From an uncultured cyanobacterium (GTDB taxonomy: Bacteria; Cyanobacteriota; Cyanobacteriia; Cyanobacteriales; Cyanobacteriaceae), in contig CAVQBA010000007.1 in NCBI GenBank assembly GCA_963710605.1, positions 96,001 to 160,000 on the forward strand: 64,000 nt of DNA. Direction: 5' to 3'. The notes below the pieces were generated by a model. The model saw nothing but the letters and a program-made list of their open reading frames with translations, ran no database searches and was not told where the DNA came from. The position numbers and the translations under genes were made by a program. Below are positions 1-8,247 of this stretch, one piece after another. Position 1 is the first letter of the stretch; every line of letters begins with the position of its first letter.

Positions 1-81
1 AGGGATGGTTTGTTAGATGATACAGCCAGAATTGTAGAGTGGCAAGTTCATATCGGACGCAATCGATTTTTAGAAGAATAA
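1..81 (+). CDS. 3' end of a CDS running in from the left edge (…RDGLLDDTARIVEWQVHIGRNRFLEE*), product unknown
   Basis: Open frame 1 from base 1 to TAA at 79-81; too short to identify. Confidence 0.5.
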   Translation, partial: RDGLLDDTARIVEWQVHIGRNRFLEE

Positions 82-82
82 A

Positions 83-190
83 TATAGCAATTATTGATGA
101 AATGAAGTACAAACTAATCCCCCTAAATCCCCCTTCGCAAGGGGGACTTACTAATTGTAACTGTACCTCATAATTATGAGAAACGCTATA
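83..190. mobile_element. 108-bp MITE-like element with TATAGC...GCTATA ends and internal CCCCCTAAATCCCCCTT..AAGGGGGACTT hairpin
   Basis: Colinear second copy at 39891-39998; TA-terminated inverted ends. Confidence 0.75.
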
Positions 191-309
191 TAAGTTTCAA
201 CAATTAATAATTAATAATGAATAATTAATAATTAACAATCACCTCTGGTTGAAAAGAAGAGGATTGACTAATGTGCGAAAATTTTTATTTATTATCCCCT
301 TCAAAGGGG

Positions 310-345
310 CAGGGCTGATTCATTCTCCGAGCCAAAAATTAGCTC
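310..345 (+). mobile_element. Left end of a CAGGGCTGATTCATTCTC MITE (right end not found), directly after hairpin CCCCTTCAAAGGGG
   Basis: First 18 nt identical to the left end of the complete element at 57142-57305. Confidence 0.6.
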
Positions 346-504
346 AAGGTTAATGACAAAATTATTTTTACCAAAAAACTTGAAAGTGATTAGCCGTTAT
401 TTTATCGATCGTTATTTTTCTTTATTTTAATCTCGATCATACTACTCATAATCTCTTACAGCTAATTTTGAAGACAAAATAAACTTGATTAGTATCATCT
501 TTAA

Positions 505-539
505 TTGACATTGACTAAAAAATCAAGCACAATTAAATA
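505..539 (+). promoter_or_regulatory. Candidate sigma70-type promoter of the WGR gene, overlapping a TTGA-N8-TCAA palindrome (511-526)
   Basis: TTGACA(505)-17-CACAAT or TTGACT(511)-17-TAAATA. Confidence 0.4.
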
Positions 540-576
540 AATACTTATATACTGATAAAGTTCGGGGGCAATAGTC

Positions 577-3500
577 ATGAAGTTAGCAAAAAGGGTTACT
601 TTACATTATCAAGCTGGTAATTCTAATAAAGTTTACGAAGTAGATTTATGTCAAATTTCTGATGATAAATACCTCGTTAACTTTCGTTATGGCAAACGTG
701 GCAAAAACTTAAAAGAAGGAAGCAAAACGATTCAAGCAGTATCTTTAGTTGAAGCCGAGAAAATTTTTGACAAACTAATTGCCGATAAAAAGAAGAAAGG
801 TTATCAAGATATTAATGATGTCGTCACAGAAGTCATAGATAGCCCACAAGTAAATACAACTAGTCGAAGTAACAATCCACGACATCAAGCAATTATCGAT
901 CGTTTGAGAGAACAAAATAGTAAAAATTGGTCATTAAATCGAGTAATTTGGCGTGCGGGAGAGTTAAAAATAAAAGAAGTCGTACCTTTTTTGATTGATT
1001 TAATTGGTACAGAAAAACCATTAAGAGATTATTGTATAGCGTGGGCTTTAGGTAAATGTGGAGAAGGAAATGCTGATGCTATTACAGAATTAAATTCTTT
1101 AGTTAATGGATCATATTATCCTGAATTTGTCAACCGTATTGCTTGGGAAGCTTTGTATAACTTATCTAATGAACAAGGTAAGCAAGTTATGCGATCGCAA
1201 AAAATCAGCGAACTTCCTTTGGCATTAAGAGAATTAGCTCAAAATGGTACAACTAAGATATTCAAATCTGCTATACAAGCTTATCTAAAGCTCGAAGATT
1301 ATCGACGATTTAAAGTTATAGATACGCTATATCAAATTGATAATGAGTATGTTCGTCCTGCATTGTTAGATATAGTTAGAGAAGCACCTTTACAACCAAA
1401 TTATTTCAAACAACTACGACATATTTTCAAGATGGCAGAATACCGTGGTGATGGAGAAGTATTTGGTATATTAGCTCATCGTTTTGAGCTACAAGCTGGT
1501 AATTTTAATAATCCTAAAGGCTGGGGTGGGTATAATAGAGAAACTAGACGTGTGATTCGTTCAGAACGGATTTACTCACAAGAGCTTCAAAAACCAGACT
1601 CAAATAAAGCATACAGCGAACAAACTCGTGAATATCTGCGAAGACGAGTGTGGCGGACATTAAAAACGTTAGGAGAAGAAAACGAACCTGATTATGTGAA
1701 ATTAGCAACAGGTATTTTATTGTCATATAGTGATGCTGATGAAGAAGAAATAAAAGAATCTAGAGGTACTAAATATAGATATAACAAAGAAACTCGTAGA
1801 AGCGATCGTTATACTTATCATTTTCAATGGGATAAATATGCAACCCGTATAATATTAAATCATCTTCTTTACCAAAACAGTCCTCGTTATGAATCTCATC
1901 CTCAAGCTTGGCGTTGCACAGGTGATTACAAACTGGGAGATTCTTTACCTACAGTCAGAGAAGAAGCATTTCCCCAATTATGGAATCAACAACCATCTGC
2001 TTTATTAAGACTATTACAAGAAAGTAAATGTTTACCCGTACATGAATTTGCTCTCAAAGCTATTCAAGAAAATCAGGAGTATTGTCATAGTTTGGAGATT
2101 GCGACTCTGACTCAACTATTAGATACAACCTATGAGATTACCGCTCAATTTGCCTTTAATCTTGCCTGTGAAAAATATGATTCTCAAGCACCTAATCGTG
2201 AATTTGTTTTAGCTGTTGCTAACTGTATTTTAAGCACTGCCAGACAACAAGCTTATGAGTGGATAGAAGCACAACGAGAATACTTTTTTGAAGCTAGTGA
2301 ATTTATCGCAGGTTTAGTTACCAGTTTGCAAGACGATACTCGTGCATTTGCTCGTAAATTACTAAGTTCGACGATTTTAAATGATGCAACAGTACAGGTA
2401 TTAATTATCCGTCTAGTTGGTATATTGTTAGAACTTGACGAGACTCAACCCCAGATGGCGGAAGAAATCAGCGAAACATTATTATTGAGTTTTACACCTC
2501 AATTACGCACATTAGGATTTGATATTATTTTAGATTTATTAGCCCATCCTTTACCCGAAATACAAGTATTAGGGGCAAGAATCTTACTTAATCATCAAAC
2601 ACCAGCGATCGAATTACCATCAGACTTAATCGAGTCGTTGTTATCCTCTCCTCATGATTCAGTAAGAAGTGTCGGGATTAGAATATTTGGGCAATTACCA
2701 GACGAAAGATTGATGGACGATGATATTTTTATCATTGCCATGGCAGTAAATTATAGTAGTGATATACGTCAAGCGATTCGTCCTGTAATCGAACGTTTAG
2801 CCCAAAATCAGCCCGAATTTGGTTATCAAATAGCGATCGACTTAATCGATCTTTTAACCGAACCAGAAAGACATGAAGGAGTACATAAAGACTTGTTATT
2901 CATATTACGATCGAAGATGATACCTAATTGGATAACTCGCATACCTGTAGATAAAACAATCAGTTTGACTCGTGCCAAATCATCTATAGCACAAGAATTA
3001 GGCGGAATAATTTTACAAGCAAATAGTGATTCATTATGGTCAGAATTTGGAGCAAACCAGTTAGTCAAATTTGCTAACCATGAAGTTTTAGCTATTCGTC
3101 AAGCAGGATGGCAGATGATGGAATTAAAACTAGAAAGTATTCTTAATGATGAAGATGAAATGCTTTGTGCGGTGAAGATGTTAGAGGCAAAATGGGAAGA
3201 TTCGCAAGAATTTGCTCGATCGTTATTTGATAAACTAGACGATCAAGATTGGACACCAAGGATGATGATTGGTGTTTGTGATAGTACGAAAGAAAATGTA
3301 CGTCGTTTTGGTCGAGATATTGTTACTAGCAATTTCCAAGAAGAATACGGACAAGAGTATTTGTTGAAATTTAGCGAACATCCCAGTGCCGATATGCAGA
3401 TGTTTGTGACTAATTATTTAGAAACTTATGCGATGGATGATGAGGAAAGGTTGAAGCAGTTAGTACCTTATTTTGTGACTGTTTTGTCTGGGGTAAATAA

Positions 3501-3723
3501 GGGTAGTGTCGCTAAGAAGAGAATTTTTCAGTTTTTGGAAACAGAGGCGATTAAGAATGAGGAGATGGCGAAAATTGTGGCAGAGGTTTTGACGAGGCAA
3601 TCTGTGACAATGGCGATCGCAGATAAGGCGAGTGCGATTCAAATTATGTTGAGGATTAAGAAGCAATATCCTGAGATTGAAATACCGATTCGGGTTAAGG
3701 AGGTGATGCAAATGAGGTGTTAG
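577..3723 (+). CDS. WGR-domain protein with long HEAT/ARM-like helical repeats; retron-associated
   Basis: N-terminal WGR-like segment (NKVYEVDL...VNFRYGKRG...KKKKGY); amphipathic helical repeats; clustered with SWIM gene and retron RT. Confidence 0.85.
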   Translation: MKLAKRVTLHYQAGNSNKVYEVDLCQISDDKYLVNFRYGKRGKNLKEGSKTIQAVSLVEAEKIFDKLIADKKKKGYQDINDVVTEVIDSPQVNTTSRSNNPRHQAIIDRLREQNSKNWSLNRVIWRAGELKIKEVVPFLIDLIGTEKPLRDYCIAWALGKCGEGNADAITELNSLVNGSYYPEFVNRIAWEALYNLSNEQGKQVMRSQKISELPLALRELAQNGTTKIFKSAIQAYLKLEDYRRFKVIDTLYQIDNEYVRPALLDIVREAPLQPNYFKQLRHIFKMAEYRGDGEVFGILAHRFELQAGNFNNPKGWGGYNRETRRVIRSERIYSQELQKPDSNKAYSEQTREYLRRRVWRTLKTLGEENEPDYVKLATGILLSYSDADEEEIKESRGTKYRYNKETRRSDRYTYHFQWDKYATRIILNHLLYQNSPRYESHPQAWRCTGDYKLGDSLPTVREEAFPQLWNQQPSALLRLLQESKCLPVHEFALKAIQENQEYCHSLEIATLTQLLDTTYEITAQFAFNLACEKYDSQAPNREFVLAVANCILSTARQQAYEWIEAQREYFFEASEFIAGLVTSLQDDTRAFARKLLSSTILNDATVQVLIIRLVGILLELDETQPQMAEEISETLLLSFTPQLRTLGFDIILDLLAHPLPEIQVLGARILLNHQTPAIELPSDLIESLLSSPHDSVRSVGIRIFGQLPDERLMDDDIFIIAMAVNYSSDIRQAIRPVIERLAQNQPEFGYQIAIDLIDLLTEPERHEGVHKDLLFILRSKMIPNWITRIPVDKTISLTRAKSSIAQELGGIILQANSDSLWSEFGANQLVKFANHEVLAIRQAGWQMMELKLESILNDEDEMLCAVKMLEAKWEDSQEFARSLFDKLDDQDWTPRMMIGVCDSTKENVRRFGRDIVTSNFQEEYGQEYLLKFSEHPSADMQMFVTNYLETYAMDDEERLKQLVPYFVTVLSGVNKGSVAKKRIFQFLETEAIKNEEMAKIVAEVLTRQSVTMAIADKASAIQIMLRIKKQYPEIEIPIRVKEVMQMRC

Positions 3724-3783
3724 TTTTAAACCGCAGAGTACGCAGAGTACGCAGAGGTATGGTTTGGTTTGATGTTTTAATGG
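3724..3783 (+). repeat. Left inverted repeat of the GxxExxY cassette: (CGCAGAGTA)x3 plus GGTTTGATGTTTTAATGG
   Basis: Reverse-complementary to 4363-4396, 4526-4559 and 4251-4270. Confidence 0.85.
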
Positions 3784-3828
3784 TCAGTATTTTGGAGTTT
3801 TTTTGATATTGTTCAATGGAGGTTTAAT

Positions 3829-4221
3829 ATGGTGAGTTTGAAGGAAGAGGGTGGCGAGTTGACTGGGGCGGTTATTGGTGCGGCGATTGAGGTACATCGA
3901 GTATTAGGAGCGGGTTTTTTGGAGTCTTTGTATGAGAATGCGTTGGCTGTGGAATTGCGAAGAAGGAATATATCTTTTGAACGACAAAAAGTAATTTTAG
4001 TTAATTATAAAGGTCATCCGATCGGTCAAAATAGGTTAGATTTTCTAATTGAAAATAGATTAGTAGTCGAACTCAAAGCCGTAGCTAACTTAACCCCATT
4101 ACACGAAGCACAAGCCCTATCTTACCTCAAAGCCACCAACCTCAATCTAGCACTACTCATCAACTTCAACGTAACCCGCCTTAAAAACGGAATCAAACGT
4201 ATCGTCCGTAGTAACTACTAA
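3829..4221 (+). CDS. GxxExxY protein (PD-(D/E)xK nuclease-like)
   Basis: LGAGFLESLYE signature, RLDFLIE and VELKA motifs, LLINFN; RBS GGAGG upstream. Confidence 0.92.
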   Translation: MVSLKEEGGELTGAVIGAAIEVHRVLGAGFLESLYENALAVELRRRNISFERQKVILVNYKGHPIGQNRLDFLIENRLVVELKAVANLTPLHEAQALSYLKATNLNLALLINFNVTRLKNGIKRIVRSNY

Positions 4222-4250
4222 AAAACTACTTTCTCTCCTCTTTCTCAACC

Positions 4251-4590
4251 CCATTCAAACATCAACCAATAATCCCTCTTCTCTCTCTCTCAACCAAACA
4301 AAGACACACACCAGTCAACCCTCCAATGCCTCAACCAAACATAGACACACACCAACCAACCTCTCTGCGTCCTCTGCGTCCTCTGCGGTTATAAAATCTC
4401 CTCTCTGTTAATCCCATTCAAACATCAATCAATAATCTCTTTTTTCTCTCTCTCAACCAAACAAAGACACACACCAATCAACCCTCCCATGTCTCAACCA
4501 AACAAAGACATACACCAAGCCGCCTCTCTGCATCCTCTGCGTACTCTGCGGTTATAAAATCTCCCTCCCTCAACCAAACATAGACACTAA
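4251..4590 (+). repeat. 163-bp tandem duplication with five CTCAACCAAACAWAGACA sub-repeats and two (CTCTGCGTM)x3-GGTTATAAAA blocks
   Basis: CCATTCAAAC at 4251 and 4414; GGTTATAAAATCTCC at 4387 and 4550 (period 163). Confidence 0.9.
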
Positions 4591-4634
4591 CTAATCTACC
4601 CTTTTTTAAACTATAACTAACGAAATAAAAAACA

Positions 4635-6275
4635 ATGAAATTTAACTACACCTACACCAACACCACCAGCGTTCAACAAACCAGTAACAACACCCAGATG
4701 TCATTTTCCCCAGACATCCAACGGCAACCCACCTACTTCATCGGCGAACTAAGACAAAACATCAACTTCCGTGAAGCCATCAGTGCCTTACATCATGTAG
4801 TAGTCTCAGATTTACGTTTCAAACCCAAAGACAAAGAAGCCTATAAACAATGGCGATCGCAACAAGACGATTTAGACTGGCAACTAGTCGCCGCCCAACA
4901 AAAAGCCGTAGCGGACAAAATCACACCATTACAAGAAGAACTAAATGTTCTACAACAAAATAGCTACCAGCGACGACAACCTTATTACACAGCCCAAAGA
5001 AAATATTATGATTACCTCTATCAAAAAGATTATGATATGTGGTATGTACTCGATCCAGTAATAACCGTTCATCCTGATGAAGTGTTTTTCGAGTGTTTTA
5101 GTCAAGACGAATCAACTTACGGCAGACTCGGTGCAAGTTATGAAGTATTTAAAAATATCAACGAATTTGCTTGTGGTACAACTAATATCGATTATTCCGC
5201 CGCTTTATATAACGAATTCCAAAAAGTCCGCAGTTACAAAACTACACAATTCACGATCGACCCCTCTGGTTTTGAAGTAGAAACCAAACATGAAGAATTA
5301 TTCAAAGAAGTAAAAATCGATCTGCCTGATAGTTGGGTAAGGGGTTTCTTGCAAGTAAGTTCGGCAATGTCTTTACCTACGATCGAGTTTGATTTGCATC
5401 CAATGGATGTTTATAATATCTGTCTTATCCTTCGTCGTCATAAAGAGAAAAAAGGACCTCGTGGAATGCGTTATCATCTAACACCAGGTCAACCCGTAAA
5501 AGTTGTTTTTGAACCTTGGAATATTGAATTAATCTGTTCTCGATCGCCTTATACAGGAACACAAGAGCAAGAAATTCGTGTTTGGGGTCGTCGTCGTATT
5601 CATATTTTAGAACGTTTGATCCCGATCGCTAAAAAATTTACGGTTCATCTTTTGGGTACGGGTATGCCTTCGTTTTATATTGCCGACTTAGGGGATATGT
5701 CTTTTACTCTTGGTTTGTCGGGATGGACGGCTAATGATTGGTCAAATTCTGGTAATTTCGATCTCATGGCTTCTCGTACCGAAATCGATCGTTGGACAAA
5801 ACAACATATCTTCAATTCTCTCAAGGAAAATTGGGCAGAAAACCCTTACGATTTAGCTAAACGTTTGAATATGAATCCTGCGGTGATTCTAGGTGCATTA
5901 GGGGCATATACCCAAGCAGGTAGAGCAATTTATGATCTCAATAAAGGTGTTTACCGTGTCCGAGAATTAACCCGTGAGCCTTTACCAATGGAGAAATTAC
6001 GATTTGCTAACGATCGAGAAGCTAAGGCAACTCGCTTTTTGTCGGGGAATCAAGTCACTATCTCTCATGTAAATGAAGACAATATGGGGGGTTATAGTTT
6101 AGAAGGGAGAGTAAACGATCGTCATAAAACTCATAATCCATCTTTAACGGTAGATGCAGATCAACGCATGACACAAGCTAAATGCGATTGCAATTGGCAC
6201 AAACAAAATAAACTTTATAAAGGACCTTGCGAACATATTTTGGCTTTAAAAATGGAACATAACAGAAGACATTAA
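4635..6275 (+). CDS. SWIM zinc-finger protein; retron-associated
   Basis: C-terminal CDC-x12-CEH SWIM motif; DPVITVHPD and PDSWVRGFLQV blocks. Confidence 0.85.
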   Translation: MKFNYTYTNTTSVQQTSNNTQMSFSPDIQRQPTYFIGELRQNINFREAISALHHVVVSDLRFKPKDKEAYKQWRSQQDDLDWQLVAAQQKAVADKITPLQEELNVLQQNSYQRRQPYYTAQRKYYDYLYQKDYDMWYVLDPVITVHPDEVFFECFSQDESTYGRLGASYEVFKNINEFACGTTNIDYSAALYNEFQKVRSYKTTQFTIDPSGFEVETKHEELFKEVKIDLPDSWVRGFLQVSSAMSLPTIEFDLHPMDVYNICLILRRHKEKKGPRGMRYHLTPGQPVKVVFEPWNIELICSRSPYTGTQEQEIRVWGRRRIHILERLIPIAKKFTVHLLGTGMPSFYIADLGDMSFTLGLSGWTANDWSNSGNFDLMASRTEIDRWTKQHIFNSLKENWAENPYDLAKRLNMNPAVILGALGAYTQAGRAIYDLNKGVYRVRELTREPLPMEKLRFANDREAKATRFLSGNQVTISHVNEDNMGGYSLEGRVNDRHKTHNPSLTVDADQRMTQAKCDCNWHKQNKLYKGPCEHILALKMEHNRRH

Positions 6276-6293
6276 AATGGTTCGGTATTTTAT

Positions 6294-7469
6294 TTAACTT
6301 TGATGCAACTGATTGTGAATGACGATCGAATTGTCATTACAATCTTTGCCTACTATATAAACATCAACTAATCCATCACTAAACAGATATACTTGAATAT
6401 CGGTCAAACTTGACCTAACTTTTTGTGAAAATGATTTAATCTCTTTTAACCAAGATGGAGTATATCCGTCTTCTAGATCGCTATTCTCGCCAAAAAAACC
6501 TGATTCTAATTCTGTAGCTACCATCGCATGAGTATTAATTAAAATATTATGAACTAATGCTTCTTTGGTTTCGGCTATTTCCCAAACAAAACAGTCTAAA
6601 TCTCCATCGTATATGTCTATAGCATTTAATTGTTCGTCGATCGTCTTTTTTAAAACTTTATTTTCTGACTTATGTGATGCTTTATCTAATATTCTTTTTC
6701 GAGTAGGATATGCCCCATATTTGTCGTAATGAGCTACTCTGGTAGAAACACCAATCCAATCTCCATAGATAGTATTACCAATCAAAAATAAAAGACCTTC
6801 CTCAAATAAATTTTCATCTATATTTAGTGAATAAAACTTATAATCTGCCAAATATAAATAAGATGTCAGCAAGTCAATAATTAATTCGTATTCTTGTATC
6901 GGATTCTCTGATGAATACAAAAAGATACTTTTAGTATCTACCTCAACAAATAAGCCTGTAGTTTCTAAAAATAGATCTAAACTAAATTGACCTCTTAATT
7001 TACTATCCCATAAAAATAGATCGTAGGGTTCTGAGCTTTCGGTATTATGATGGTTATGAAGTCCATAAAATAATTTTCTTAATGTTTGAACTAATTCTGC
7101 GTTTGGATTATTTAATTCATCAGCAAGTAAAATATGAGTAGAGGGAAAATCGATCGCTTGAGAAATATCAACCCCTGTTAAATCTGCACCAAATAATATT
7201 GTCTCATTAAAATTAGTACCATTTACGATCGCACCTTGTAAATTTGACCCTTCTAAATTAGCTAAGGATAAATTTGATCCGCTTAAGTCTATATTTTGTA
7301 AATTACTCTCACGTAAATATACTTCTTCCAAATTGCAATTAATTAATTTTGCTCCCTTCAAGTTAGTTTGTGATAGATTAATTGCTCTCAAATCTTGGTT
7401 TTCTAAATGAATATTGGCAAAATTACTCTCACCGTTTTCGATTTTGTTTTTCAGTTGTTCGGCATCCAT
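6294..7469 (-). CDS. Pentapeptide-repeat protein with C-terminal NuiA (nuclease A inhibitor)-like domain(s)
   Basis: N-terminal xNLxx pentapeptides; ESSEPYDLFLWD, IGNTIYGDWIGVST and LTDIQVY...VDVYIVGK resemble NuiA segments. Confidence 0.7.
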   Translation of the reverse strand: MDAEQLKNKIENGESNFANIHLENQDLRAINLSQTNLKGAKLINCNLEEVYLRESNLQNIDLSGSNLSLANLEGSNLQGAIVNGTNFNETILFGADLTGVDISQAIDFPSTHILLADELNNPNAELVQTLRKLFYGLHNHHNTESSEPYDLFLWDSKLRGQFSLDLFLETTGLFVEVDTKSIFLYSSENPIQEYELIIDLLTSYLYLADYKFYSLNIDENLFEEGLLFLIGNTIYGDWIGVSTRVAHYDKYGAYPTRKRILDKASHKSENKVLKKTIDEQLNAIDIYDGDLDCFVWEIAETKEALVHNILINTHAMVATELESGFFGENSDLEDGYTPSWLKEIKSFSQKVRSSLTDIQVYLFSDGLVDVYIVGKDCNDNSIVIHNQLHQS

Positions 7470-7557
7470 AAATCTTTAAGTTGCGATCGATCGCTTATGT
7501 TATCTTTGTGTCTATTTAGCTTATGATATATTACTTGAATAAAAAATCAAATCTTAC

Positions 7558-7586
7558 TTGACTTTTTCTTCAACATTAGTTATATT
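7558..7586 (+). promoter_or_regulatory. Sigma70-type promoter for the ncRNA-RT transcript
   Basis: TTGACT(7558-7563)-17 nt-TATATT(7581-7586), about 25 nt before ncRNA unit 1. Confidence 0.6.
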
Positions 7587-7610
7587 AGAGATAGCTTGAA
7601 AAAGCAATCG

Positions 7611-7863
7611 ATCGATAATCTTGCAATCCTATTTGGTGTATCGCCATTTGTGTATTAAGTAAAGATCAAGCATCACTAGCTAATTTTTCACCTAGTGCGA
7701 AGCCAGCAGGGTTAAACTGTTTGGCTTCTATCGAAGAACGAAAGTTTATTATTTACTAGTCAGTATTTAATATTTGTTCTTTAGACCCTAATATTAAGTA
7801 GGGGTGGGCTGTCTTCGCCGAGTTAAATTATCTAGTCAAATGTATTATTCGAAGATTATCGAT
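7611..7863 (+). ncRNA. Retron msr-msd-like ncRNA unit 1
   Basis: Perfect 12-bp terminal inverted repeat ATCGATAATCTT(7611-7622)/AAGATTATCGAT(7852-7863) followed by G7623; hairpin TGGTG-TAT-CGCCA; long stem 7676-7686/7825-7835 and 7697-7707/7808-7818. Confidence 0.7.
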
Positions 7864-7938
7864 TACCTGAAATGGTCTAGTTATAAGTTAATTTATTTAG
7901 ACTTGACTATTTTCAAAAACATACAATTGAGTCAATAG

Positions 7939-8174
7939 GCTGACTTTGTTGGATTAAAGAACCTTGCAATTAATGGATAGTGTATCGCTATTCTTGTCGT
8001 TAGTTTACTACAAGCATCACTAGCCTCCTCTTGACTGTACGGTCATGCAGTACTAGTTACTTTCCCGGTGTGAATTCGGTGAAATGTAATAAGTAACTAG
8101 TACTGCGACCGCTTGAGTTGAGTAGTCTAGTCCGCCGAAGGCTTACGAAGGAAAAAAATCCCAACAAGATCAGC
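7939..8174 (+). ncRNA. Retron msr-msd-like ncRNA unit 2
   Basis: Imperfect terminal inverted repeat 7939-7955/8157-8174 plus CCTT/AAGG before G7966; hairpin GGATAGTG-TAT-CGCTATTC; perfect 16-bp stem 8047-8062/8091-8106; 73 nt before the RT start. Confidence 0.8.
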
Positions 8175-8247
8175 TTGTTTCTTTTTTGTTTATTTAATTA
8201 AAAAAATCGCTATTTTGTCAAAAAGTTAATCATCACATCATATACCA

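Noticed and set aside
4251-4590. Possible CRISPR array (CTCAACCAAACAWAGACA repeats)
   Set aside because: Spacers are irregular and themselves duplicated with a 163-bp period; no cas genes
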